12,121 nucleotides of DNA from Halalkalibacterium halodurans (GCF_004376175.1 NZ_SNUY01000090.1:1-12121); one strand, 5' to 3'; positions 1-7,926 are shown, counted from the first letter of the stretch. Notes: a model not told the origin generated them from the sequence alone. Program-made: numbers and translations.

Positions 1-807
1 TTCTCTCTCTTTCTGAAACAGATGTTTGATCCGTTTACATCGTTTTCGATGATACGGATGGAACGCTTTTTGCACTCGGCGGCGAACCCCTTCCAGAGCC
101 CAGTAGATGTAACGACAGAAATGGAACGGATCCCCAATGATGAGCGGGTGGCCTAAGGCCTTTTGAACAGCCGACTTGAAGGTATAACTAAGATCCATCA
201 CGACTGTTTTCACATGATGACCCTTCTCTTGAAGATATCGTTTAAGCGTATCGGCTTTACGATCCGGTAAGATATCCAGTGGCTTCCGTGTATCTGCATC
301 CGCAATGATCACTTGATATTTCCCCGCATTCGTATCCCCTTTGTAATCATCAATCGCAATCCGAGGAGGAAGGTGATCCACCTTCTTCACGAGCGGTGCC
401 GCCAATTGATCAAACCGGCGCATGGCAGTTGTCACGGACGTTTGGAATTGATTCGCTGTGTCCGTAAAGTTCTTCCCTTGAATGAGCCGTAAGCGAAACG
501 CTTGATTCCATTCCACTGTCTGACGCTGATATCGCTCTACAAAACAGGCTTTCTCCGCAAACCGCTTCCCGCATCTGCACGCGTACCGGCGCTTTCGATA
601 GAATCGATACACCCACCGTTCAAAGAGCTTGAGATGTTGAACTTTTTGGATGCGGTCATCATGGATTCTCTCGGTTCTCTCCCCGCAGGATGGGCAACGA
701 TGAGGCGTTCGCGGCATTTCTACATGGAGCGCGATAAAGTCCTCTCGTTCCTCCATCTTTGTGACCTTCACACCTTTTAATCCGGGCAAATCCATGGTAA
801 AATTCAT
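1..807 (-). CDS. ISL3-family transposase, N-terminal 269 codons (partial, open to the window edge)
   Basis: Hand translation of the minus strand from ATG (805-807) gives 269 codons with no stop: MNFTMDLPGLKGVKVTKMEEREDFIALHVEMPRTPHRCPSCGERTERIHDDRIQKVQHLKLFERWVYRFYRKRRYACRCGKRF...IAIDDYKGDTNAGKYQVIIADADTRKPLDILPDRKADTLKRYL...VVMDLSYTFKSAVQKALGHPLIIGDPFHFCRY... This matches the ISL3 layout: an N-terminal CxxC...CxC zinc finger, then an HTH, then the start of the DDE domain (IAIDD, VMDL, DPFH). AGGAG lies 11 nt upstream of the ATG. The ORF is absent from the supplied track because it has no stop inside the window. Confidence 0.9.
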   Translation of the reverse strand, partial: MNFTMDLPGLKGVKVTKMEEREDFIALHVEMPRTPHRCPSCGERTERIHDDRIQKVQHLKLFERWVYRFYRKRRYACRCGKRFAEKACFVERYQRQTVEWNQAFRLRLIQGKNFTDTANQFQTSVTTAMRRFDQLAAPLVKKVDHLPPRIAIDDYKGDTNAGKYQVIIADADTRKPLDILPDRKADTLKRYLQEKGHHVKTVVMDLSYTFKSAVQKALGHPLIIGDPFHFCRYIYWALEGVRRRVQKAFHPYHRKRCKRIKHLFQKERE

Positions 808-900
808 CGTACACGCAGCTCCTATCCTTTCTTTGTTTCTCAACAATTCAAGGATAATGGATAAAGGAGCCTGCGTGCATTTTTTTTGCCCCTCTTTTGT

Positions 901-929
901 GCAAAAACCCCAACATTTATTGTAGAGCC
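901..929 (-). repeat. Putative terminal inverted repeat of the ISL3 element
   Basis: The reverse complement of 901-929 is GGCTCTACAATAAATGTTGGGGTTTTTGC. ISL3-family termini typically begin GGCTCTT. The partner repeat is outside the window, so the length and boundary are unverified. Confidence 0.45.
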
Positions 930-957
930 TTAAAAAAAGAATTAATTAAATTTATGC

Positions 958-989
958 AAAAAAAACGCCTCTAGCGACTGCTAGAGACG
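958..989 (-). terminator. Rho-independent terminator of the peptide-transporter operon
   Basis: The minus strand reads CGTCTCTAGC-AGTC-GCTAGAGGCG followed by TTTTTTTT. The stem is 7 bp plus 2 bp around one mismatch. It starts 8 nt after the TGA stop of the last ATPase gene (997-999). Confidence 0.8.
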
Positions 990-996
990 TTGCAAA

Positions 997-2013
997 TCAT
1001 GCTTGAGCAGGCTGCTGATGAGCTCCTGACTCGATCTCTTCCATGTAATGACATGCGGCGAGATGACCGTCTTTCATATAGTCAGCTGTACGCAGCTCAG
1101 GGGTTTCCGTTCGACATTTATCAGTCGCAAATGGACACCGAGTATGGAAGCGACAGCCGTTTGGTGGATCGATTGGCGAAGGAACATCGCCTTTAAGGAT
1201 AATGCGCTCTTTTTTCTTCTCAGGGTCCGGTACGGGAATCGCAGATAAAAGCGCCTTCGTATACGGATGCTGAGGATTTTCAAACAATGACGTTTTATCA
1301 GCAATTTCCACGATGCGACCAAGATACATGACGATCACTCGATCCGAAATATGGCGAACGACACCGAGATCATGGGAAATAAACAGATACGTTAGTTTGA
1401 ATTCCCGTTGAAGTCGTTTTAGTAGGTTAATTACTTGCGCTTGGATCGACACGTCGAGCGCGGAAACGGCTTCGTCACAAACGATCAATTTCGGATTTAC
1501 CGAAAGAGCACGGGCAATCCCGATCCGTTGACGCTGACCTCCACTGAACTCATGGGGAAAGCGGTCAGCTTGGTGAGAACCGAGGCCTACGGTATCCATT
1601 AGTTCACGAATGCGCTCGCCACGCTTGTCTCTTGGGACGACTTTTTGAATTTCCATTGCTTCCTCGAGCACTTGACGAATCGTCTGTCGCGGGTTGATGG
1701 AAGCATAAGGGTCTTGGAAAATGATCTGTAAATCTTTACGTTTTTTACGCATTTCTCTTTTATTTAAGGAAAGGAGATCTTCCCCTTGGAACTCGATCTT
1801 CCCATCTGTTGGCTCATCTAAGCGAAGAATCGCTCGGCCTGTTGTCGATTTCCCACAGCCAGATTCCCCAACGATACTAACAGTTTCCCCTTCATAGATC
1901 GTAAAAGACACATCGTCTACTGCTTTTACGTGGTTGACCGTTCGCCCTAAAATACCGCCTTTGATCGGAAAGTATTGTTTTAGGCCTTCAACTTTAAGAA
2001 GTTCTTTCTGCAT
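997..2013 (-). CDS. Peptide ABC transporter ATP-binding protein, OppF/DppF-like
   Basis: The ORF is 338 aa. It has Walker [13 protein letters not shown] signature FSGGQRQR, Walker [13 protein letters not shown] and H-loop ISHDLG. The C-terminal Opp/Dpp-type extension reads NPQHPYT...[14 protein letters not shown]. The ATG at 2013 has GGAGGTG 8 nt upstream and overlaps the preceding ATPase gene by 20 nt. Confidence 0.93.
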   Translation of the reverse strand: MQKELLKVEGLKQYFPIKGGILGRTVNHVKAVDDVSFTIYEGETVSIVGESGCGKSTTGRAILRLDEPTDGKIEFQGEDLLSLNKREMRKKRKDLQIIFQDPYASINPRQTIRQVLEEAMEIQKVVPRDKRGERIRELMDTVGLGSHQADRFPHEFSGGQRQRIGIARALSVNPKLIVCDEAVSALDVSIQAQVINLLKRLQREFKLTYLFISHDLGVVRHISDRVIVMYLGRIVEIADKTSLFENPQHPYTKALLSAIPVPDPEKKKERIILKGDVPSPIDPPNGCRFHTRCPFATDKCRTETPELRTADYMKDGHLAACHYMEEIESGAHQQPAQA

Positions 2014-3049
2014 AGATGTTCACCTCCGGATCGCCGTCCCATTGTTCTGAATAAACCCAACAGCGAATTTGATTCCCGTTCTCGTCCGTTTCAAGATCCG
2101 GAAGGCGTTCTTTACAAATATCGCTCGCAAATGGGCATCGTGGTGCAAAGCGGCAGCCTTCAGGCATATCTGCCGGGCTAGGGACATTCCCTTTAATAAC
2201 CGATAGCTCTTCGTCCTCAAGGTCAATGTCATGACGAGGGAGAGAGTTTAATAGACCAACGGTGTATGGGTGACGTGGATTTTTAAATAACGTTTTCACA
2301 TCGGCATATTCAACGACTTTCCCACAATACATAACAGCGACGTAGTCACAGGTTTCCGCAACAACGCCAAGGTCATGGGTAATCATAATGATTGACATGC
2401 CGAGACGATCCTGTAAATCTTTCATGAGCTCAAGAATTTGCGCTTGAATCGTCACATCCAATGCAGTTGTTGGTTCATCGGCAATTAGTAGCTCCGGATT
2501 ACAGGCGAGTGCCATCGCAATCATGACACGCTGTCTCATTCCACCTGATAACTCGTGTGGATACTGGTGCACCCGTTTTTCAGGAGAAGGAATCCCAACG
2601 AGCTTCAGCATATCAACAGAGCGTTTTAACGCTTCTTTTTTTCCTAACTTTTCGTGGATGCGGAACGACTCACTAATTTGCTGTCCTACTGTATAAACAG
2701 GGTTCAATGATGTCATCGGTTCTTGGAAAATCATTGAAATTTCGTTCCCGCGAATTTTTCGCATGTAAGCTTCGTTTTTTGTAACGAGATTTTCCCCTTT
2801 AAAGTTAATCTCTCCACCGACTACTTTTCCAGGCTCTTGAATTAACTTTAAAATCGAGAGGGACGTAATGCTTTTACCAGAGCCGGATTCTCCAACAATC
2901 CCTAGCGTTTTTCCTTTAGGGACAGAGAACGTCACACCGTCCACCGCTTTTACCTCGAACGCTTCTGTGAAAAAGGAGGTACGGAGGTCACGCACTTCAA
3001 GAATCGTCTCCGCCTTTGAGGCCACTTTCGTCGTCACAACATTTCCCAC
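1994..3049 (-). CDS. Peptide ABC transporter ATP-binding protein, OppD/DppD-like
   Basis: The ORF is 351 aa. It has Walker A GESGSGKS, signature LSGGMRQR, Walker [13 protein letters not shown] and H-loop ITHDLG, with a C-terminal NPRHPYT...[14 protein letters not shown]. The track start at 3049 is a GTG embedded in the SD-like AAAGGTGGG. The in-frame GTG at 3037 lies 7 nt after that SD and may be the real start. Confidence 0.92.
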   Translation of the reverse strand: MGNVVTTKVASKAETILEVRDLRTSFFTEAFEVKAVDGVTFSVPKGKTLGIVGESGSGKSITSLSILKLIQEPGKVVGGEINFKGENLVTKNEAYMRKIRGNEISMIFQEPMTSLNPVYTVGQQISESFRIHEKLGKKEALKRSVDMLKLVGIPSPEKRVHQYPHELSGGMRQRVMIAMALACNPELLIADEPTTALDVTIQAQILELMKDLQDRLGMSIIMITHDLGVVAETCDYVAVMYCGKVVEYADVKTLFKNPRHPYTVGLLNSLPRHDIDLEDEELSVIKGNVPSPADMPEGCRFAPRCPFASDICKERLPDLETDENGNQIRCWVYSEQWDGDPEVNIYAERTS

Positions 3050-3095
3050 CTTTCTTCATCCATCTATATATGACACGTACAGTTATTTTTAATTT

Positions 3096-4040
3096 TTAAT
3101 CTAGGTCAATCCGCTTGTTCAAGAAGCGATACGTAATATCGACGAGCAAGTTAACAAAAACGAACAGGACGGAAATGACGAGTACAGCTCCTTGGACCAC
3201 AGGGAAGTCACGCTGTCTAATCGCTTCAATGATTAATCGACCGAGCCCGTTAATTGCAAAGACTTGTTCGGTTAAGACCGAGCCGCCTAATAGGAATCCG
3301 AATTGAATCCCGACAACGGTGACGACAGGGATCAAAGCGTTCTTCAAGGCATGGCGATACACAACGACACGCTCTTTTACCCCTTTCGCACGAGCGGTAC
3401 GAATGTAATCTTGATGGAGGACCTCCAGCATACTGGATCGCGTCATTCTCGCAACGATCGCTGCTCCAGCAGTACCTAACGTAATGACAGGTAAAACGAT
3501 TTGACGGAACGAACCCCAGCCTGAAGGCGCGAACCAAGCCGTATCAAACGGTAGCCATGGTGTATAGCCAATCGCAAACCATTGAATCAGCATTAACCCG
3601 AGCCAGAAGTTTGGCATCGATAAGCCGAAAAGGGCAATGATCATTAAGGACGTATCAGCAAAAGAGTAACGCTTTGTTGCAGAAACAATTCCCGCAATTA
3701 ACCCTAAGAATACACTTAAAATAATACTGTAGATTGATAGTTCAAGAGTGACCCAAAATCGTTGGGCAATATCATCAGCTACAGGGCGACCACTACGGAA
3801 GGATGTTCCTAGATCCCCTTGGATGACACCTGATACATAGTTAAAGTATTGAACAGGAACCGGATCATTAAGACCGAGCCGTTCGCGAATGTTTTCAACG
3901 GTTTGTTGAGGTGCACTCTCCCCAGCAATCATGATCGCAGGGTCACCAGGGACGAGGTGCAGCAAGCTGAAAACAATAATCGACACACCAATTAAGACAG
4001 GAATAGTTTGAAGTAGACGTCGAATGATAAAAACAAACAA
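3096..4040 (-). CDS. Peptide ABC transporter permease, OppB/DppB-like
   Basis: The ORF is 314 aa. The N-terminus MFVFIIRRLLQTIPVLIGVSIIVF...PGDP and the EAA-loop region YIRTARAKGVKERVVVYRHALKNALIPVVT are typical of DppB/OppB. The start codon is TTG (4038-4040), with GAGGTG 7 nt upstream. Confidence 0.92.
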   Translation of the reverse strand: MFVFIIRRLLQTIPVLIGVSIIVFSLLHLVPGDPAIMIAGESAPQQTVENIRERLGLNDPVPVQYFNYVSGVIQGDLGTSFRSGRPVADDIAQRFWVTLELSIYSIILSVFLGLIAGIVSATKRYSFADTSLMIIALFGLSMPNFWLGLMLIQWFAIGYTPWLPFDTAWFAPSGWGSFRQIVLPVITLGTAGAAIVARMTRSSMLEVLHQDYIRTARAKGVKERVVVYRHALKNALIPVVTVVGIQFGFLLGGSVLTEQVFAINGLGRLIIEAIRQRDFPVVQGAVLVISVLFVFVNLLVDITYRFLNKRIDLD

Positions 4041-4058
4041 TGTTTTGCACCTCTTTTC

Positions 4059-4964
4059 CTAGTTTTTCGATTTTGGATCAAGTGCATCTCTTAATCCATC
4101 TCCAAAAATATTAAACGCAAGTACGACGACGACAATTGCTAACCCTGGGAACAAGGCAACATGAGGTGCGTCATACATGTAGTTTCGGCCATCGCTAAGC
4201 ATCGCTCCCCATTCAGGAATCGGCGGCTGTGCACCGAGCCCGAGGAAGGAAAGGGCACTGGCTGTAAGGATGGACGTAGCAATGCTTAACGTCCCTTGAA
4301 CGATAATCGGAGATAAGACGTTCGGTAAAATGTGCTTGAAAATAATGCGAGCGTCGCTTGCACCGAGCGCTTTCACCGCATCAATGTACTCCAATTTTCG
4401 GACGGCAAGGGTAGAACCACGGACAATCCGGGCAAACACAGGGATCGAGAAAATCCCAACAGCGATAATAACGTTATTTATACTCCCTCCTAGAATACTA
4501 ATAATCGCTAGAGCTAGTAGAATTCCAGGGAATGCGAGGAGAACGTCCATAATTCTCATGATGACGGTATCAACAAGCCGACCGTAATAACCGGACACGA
4601 CTCCGAGAATAACTCCAACAATCGCTCCTAGTACGACAGAGAAAAATCCTACATATAGGGTGATCGACATCCCGTGAATGATTCGAGTAAAAATGTCGCG
4701 CCCGTGGTGGTCTGTACCGAACCAATGTTCAGCCGATGGTTCGGCGAGCTTATTCATCACATTTGGCTCATAAGGATCGTAGGTTGTAAAATATGGTCCA
4801 ATTAAAGCGACAACAATGAAGAAAATAATTAAGGACAAGCCGACCATGGCCGCTTTGTTTTTTGCGAGTTTTTTATAAAAATTTTTCCAACTCTGAATGC
4901 GAGGATTCGGAGGTGGAGCTGCGGTAGCTTCGCTGTTAATCGTCTGTTCCGTCTGTGCGCTCAT
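4059..4964 (-). CDS. Peptide ABC transporter permease, OppC/DppC-like
   Basis: The ORF is 301 aa. It has the OppC-type N-terminal segment (WKNFYKKLAKNKAAMVGL), then HWFGTDHHGRDIFTRIIHG, and the EAA-loop region YIDAVKALGASDARIIFKHILPN. The ATG at 4964 is the first start after an in-frame stop, and its SD is weak. Confidence 0.9.
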   Translation of the reverse strand: MSAQTEQTINSEATAAPPPNPRIQSWKNFYKKLAKNKAAMVGLSLIIFFIVVALIGPYFTTYDPYEPNVMNKLAEPSAEHWFGTDHHGRDIFTRIIHGMSITLYVGFFSVVLGAIVGVILGVVSGYYGRLVDTVIMRIMDVLLAFPGILLALAIISILGGSINNVIIAVGIFSIPVFARIVRGSTLAVRKLEYIDAVKALGASDARIIFKHILPNVLSPIIVQGTLSIATSILTASALSFLGLGAQPPIPEWGAMLSDGRNYMYDAPHVALFPGLAIVVVVLAFNIFGDGLRDALDPKSKN

Positions 4965-5030
4965 CGCTCATTTTCATTCCTTTCATTATTCGTTAAATAT
5001 TTTGACAAATTAATACTATTTACTCGGTTG

Positions 5031-5058
5031 ATTATACCACGTCCATATTTTTTTACAA
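5031..5058 (-). promoter_or_regulatory. Candidate sigmaA promoter (extended -10) for the permease/ATPase operon
   Basis: The minus strand reads TTGTAA (rc of 5053-5058), a 16-nt spacer ending in TGG, then TATAAT (rc of 5031-5036). This forms a TGnTATAAT extended -10, about 65 nt upstream of the first permease start. Confidence 0.5.
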
Positions 5059-5089
5059 TGTCAAAATTTGTTTTGTACTATAATAATTC

Positions 5090-5117
5090 ATTGTAAAATC
5101 ATACCGAAGTTTGTCAA
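5090..5117 (-). promoter_or_regulatory. Second candidate sigmaA promoter for the permease/ATPase operon
   Basis: The minus strand reads TTGACA (rc of 5112-5117), a 16-nt spacer, then TACAAT (rc of 5090-5095). Confidence 0.4.
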
Positions 5118-5213
5118 AAAACTTGAAATATATTTTTTCAGTGGACAATTGATCGTGTTAGGTGTACACCAGTTCTTCAACGTGCTAAAGTTTATGAATC
5201 TTTCAAAAAAATC

Positions 5214-5242
5214 TTGTTTTTCTAGAATGCTTAAGTTATAGT
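5214..5242 (+). promoter_or_regulatory. Candidate sigmaA promoter for the substrate-binding protein gene
   Basis: TTGTTT (5214-5219), a 17-nt spacer, then TATAGT (5237-5242), about 48 nt upstream of the GTG start. Confidence 0.4.
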
Positions 5243-5290
5243 GATATTGATTTTAAAAAAATCACAAATGGAAAAATAGGGGGTATTTTC

Positions 5291-6907
5291 GTGAAAGTGT
5301 CTAAAAATTCTTTCCTTTTTTGGGCCCTTGCACTCATGCTAACCGTTGTACTAGCAGCGTGTGCTAGCGAGCCTAACGAGGGTGCAGCCGACCCAGAAAC
5401 AGACGAAGGCGAAGGGACTGAAGCGCCAGCTGAAGCTGGTGGCGATTTAGTGATTGCCCAATTATCTGATGTTGTGTCTTTAGACCCAGCAGGATCTAAC
5501 GATACGCCATCATCTGACGTTCAAGCAAACATTTACGAGACGCTTGTCGTCACAGACCAAGACATGGAGCTTCATCCGGGTCTAGCAACAGAATGGAATC
5601 CAATTGATGATACGACATGGGAGTTTAAGCTTCGTGAAGGGGTAAAATTCCATGATGATACGGACTTTAATGCGGAAGTTGTAAAGGCGAACTTGGAGCG
5701 TATTCTTGATCCAGAAGTGGCGTCTCCGCGCGCATTTCTTTATGACATGATTACTGATATTGAAGTCGTTGACGATTACACGGTTCATATTACAACAGAA
5801 TTTCCATTTGCTCCACTACCTGCTCACTTAGCGCATAACGGTGGCGGTATGGTTTCTTTAGAAGCGATTGAAGCTGATTATGCTGCGATGGAAGAAGGAA
5901 AAGATCCAGGTAGCTACATCAATGAAAACCCAACTGGTACAGGTTACTTCAAATTTGACGATCGTGTACCTGATCAATATGTAAGGCTCGTGCGCAACGA
6001 TGACTATTGGGATGGAACTGCGTTACTAGACTCTGTCACTTTTAAAGTTGTAGGTGAAGACTTAACACGTATTGCTGAGCTAGAAACAGGAGATTCTCAC
6101 ATCTCTAACCCATTAAGCCCATCTGACGTTTCTCGTGTGGAAGCGACAGAAGGTATGCACGTCCATCGACAAGATTCTATGAGCTTGTCCTACATTGGCT
6201 TTAACTTAGACAAAGAGCCATTTGATGATGTACGCGTACGTCAAGCGATCTCAATGGCAATCGATAAAAGTCAGATTATTGACGGAATTTACGATGGTGT
6301 CGGAATTCCAGCGATCGGACCGTTAGCACCAGGTACGGTTGGTTACGATGATACAGTTTCTGGTCTTGATCACGATATTGAAAAAGCGAAAGAGCTTCTT
6401 GCAGAAGCTGGATATGAAGATGGGTTCTCTACAACGCTTTGGACTAACGACAACCGTGAGCGTGTTGACGCTGCGACTAACGTCCAAGCCCAATTGAAAG
6501 AAATCGGAATCGACGTAGAGATTGAAGTGCTTGAATGGGGAACATACCTTGAAAATACAGCAAATGGTGAGCATGACATGTTCGTCCTTGGTTGGTCTAC
6601 GGTAACAGGAGATGCAGACTACGGTCTATATGCATTGTTCCACTCTTCTCAAGTAGGTGAGCCAGGAAACCGTACATTCTTAAAAGATGATGAATTAGAT
6701 GAATTGCTTGATAAAGCGCGTAGAGAAACAGATGAAGAAACACGCCTCGCTCTTTACCATGATGTTCAAGAAAAGCTAGTTGAGCTTGCGCCAATGCTTT
6801 ACATCCATCACCAACAATACCTACTAGGTGTTCGTGATGAAGTGAAGAATCTTGAGCAATCTCCGACGCAAATCTTGCAATTAAAAGACGTTTACATCGA
6901 GCAATAA
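5291..6907 (+). CDS. Peptide/nickel-type ABC transporter substrate-binding lipoprotein (SBP family 5, OppA/DppA/DppE-like)
   Basis: The ORF is 538 aa. The start is GTG, with AGGGGG 8-9 nt upstream. The signal peptide carries a lipobox (LTVVLAAC, Cys24) followed by a D/E/G/A/P-rich linker. The size and overall pattern fit cluster-C peptide SBPs, and the gene sits next to and divergent from the matching permease/ATPase genes. Confidence 0.88.
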   Translation: MKVSKNSFLFWALALMLTVVLAACASEPNEGAADPETDEGEGTEAPAEAGGDLVIAQLSDVVSLDPAGSNDTPSSDVQANIYETLVVTDQDMELHPGLATEWNPIDDTTWEFKLREGVKFHDDTDFNAEVVKANLERILDPEVASPRAFLYDMITDIEVVDDYTVHITTEFPFAPLPAHLAHNGGGMVSLEAIEADYAAMEEGKDPGSYINENPTGTGYFKFDDRVPDQYVRLVRNDDYWDGTALLDSVTFKVVGEDLTRIAELETGDSHISNPLSPSDVSRVEATEGMHVHRQDSMSLSYIGFNLDKEPFDDVRVRQAISMAIDKSQIIDGIYDGVGIPAIGPLAPGTVGYDDTVSGLDHDIEKAKELLAEAGYEDGFSTTLWTNDNRERVDAATNVQAQLKEIGIDVEIEVLEWGTYLENTANGEHDMFVLGWSTVTGDADYGLYALFHSSQVGEPGNRTFLKDDELDELLDKARRETDEETRLALYHDVQEKLVELAPMLYIHHQQYLLGVRDEVKNLEQSPTQILQLKDVYIEQ

Positions 6908-6915
6908 TCTTAATT

Positions 6916-6951
6916 GAGGCACTTTCTCTAGTGGAAGGTGCCTCACCCTTT
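6916..6951 (+). terminator. Probable terminator hairpin after the SBP gene
   Basis: GAGGCACTTTC-loop-GGAAGTGCCTC forms about 11 bp with one G-U pair, starting 9 nt after the TAA stop. The downstream T tract is short (CCCTTT), so efficiency is uncertain. Confidence 0.5.
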
Positions 6952-6961
6952 AAAAAAGATC

Positions 6962-6990
6962 TTGCCAAGCTGCCTGTGATTTGTTATAGT
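6962..6990 (+). promoter_or_regulatory. Candidate sigmaA promoter for tRNA-Ser
   Basis: TTGCCA (6962-6967), a 17-nt spacer, then TATAGT (6985-6990), 24 nt upstream of the mature tRNA 5' end. Confidence 0.55.
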
Positions 6991-7014
6991 AATTTTCGTC
7001 AGCATGACCGTTAT

Positions 7015-7107
7015 GGAGGAGTACCCAAGTCTGGCTGAAGGGATCGGTCTTGAAAACCGACAGGCGGGTTAAACCGCGCGGGGGTTCGAATCCCTCCTCC
7101 TCCGCCA
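7015..7107 (+). tRNA. tRNA-Ser (anticodon UGA), class II with a long variable arm, CCA encoded
   Basis: The acceptor stem pairs GGAGGAG with CTCCTCC. The anticodon stem-loop is CGGTC-TTGAAAA-CCGAC, giving anticodon TGA. The variable arm is GGCGGGTTAAACCGC and the T arm is GGGGG-TTCGAAT-CCCTC. The gene ends in G-CCA. It is near-identical in pattern to Bacillus tRNA-Ser genes as I recall them. Confidence 0.95.
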
Positions 7108-7126
7108 TTACATAACGAAAATGATT

Positions 7127-7161
7127 CCCCTCTAAAAGTCGAGGCTTTAGAGGGGTTTTTT
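7127..7161 (+). terminator. Rho-independent terminator after tRNA-Ser
   Basis: CCCCTCTAAA, a 9-nt loop, then TTTAGAGGGG form a perfect 10-bp stem followed by TTTTTT. Confidence 0.85.
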
Positions 7162-7416
7162 ATGCCTTTTTGTCCCCTTATATACTAAAGGGTGCCGTGG
7201 GCTACCTTTTCCCGTTGTCTTAAAGTATAGAACAAGGGAATCGTGCTCATGCTAGAAAATACGCGATCGCTTGGAAAGGATTAAGACGATGATGGATGAG
7301 AAGAAAAAACAAGAGCAAGGGCTATCAACAATCGAAAAAGCATATGTTCGTTGGGTATCTATGAGGAAATTTGAAAAAGGGCCCGCGTCAAGTAAACGTC
7401 TCCCTTATAATAATAG

Positions 7417-7926
<510 letters not shown>

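Larger units (their letters stand above)
1..929 (-). mobile_element. ISL3-family insertion sequence, partial (one terminus plus the 5' part of the transposase gene; runs off the left edge)
   Basis: It contains the transposase ORF listed below and a leader of about 120 nt. I placed the outer boundary at 929, where the minus strand reads GGCTCTACAATAAATG..., a GGCTCT-type terminus typical of ISL3 elements. The other end lies outside the window. Confidence 0.75.

Noticed and set aside
410-780. Track ORFs 410..616(-) and 502..780(+), 68 and 92 aa
   Set aside because: Both lie entirely inside the 269-codon ISL3 transposase frame, one out of frame and one antisense. They have no recognisable motifs, so they are chance ORFs.
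990-1322. Track ORFs 990..1196(+), 1048..1248(+) and 1074..1322(-) overlapping the 3' end of the OppF-like gene
   Set aside because: They are antisense or out-of-frame shadows of a gene with clear ABC motifs. They have no SD and their composition is odd.
2556-2564. DnaA-box-like TGTGGATAC (8/9 match to TGTGGATAA)
   Set aside because: It is a single imperfect copy inside the OppD-like coding sequence, not clustered. It is expected by chance.
5050-5150. CodY-box (AATTTTCWGAAAATT) candidates in the transporter control region
   Set aside because: The best hand alignments reach only about 8-9 of 15 positions in very A/T-rich DNA. That cannot be told apart from background without a matrix scan.
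6597-6968. 123-aa antisense ORF over the 3' end of the SBP gene, terminator and tRNA promoter
   Set aside because: It overlaps a well-supported CDS and its terminator hairpin. It has no SD and no recognisable domain, so it is most likely a shadow ORF.
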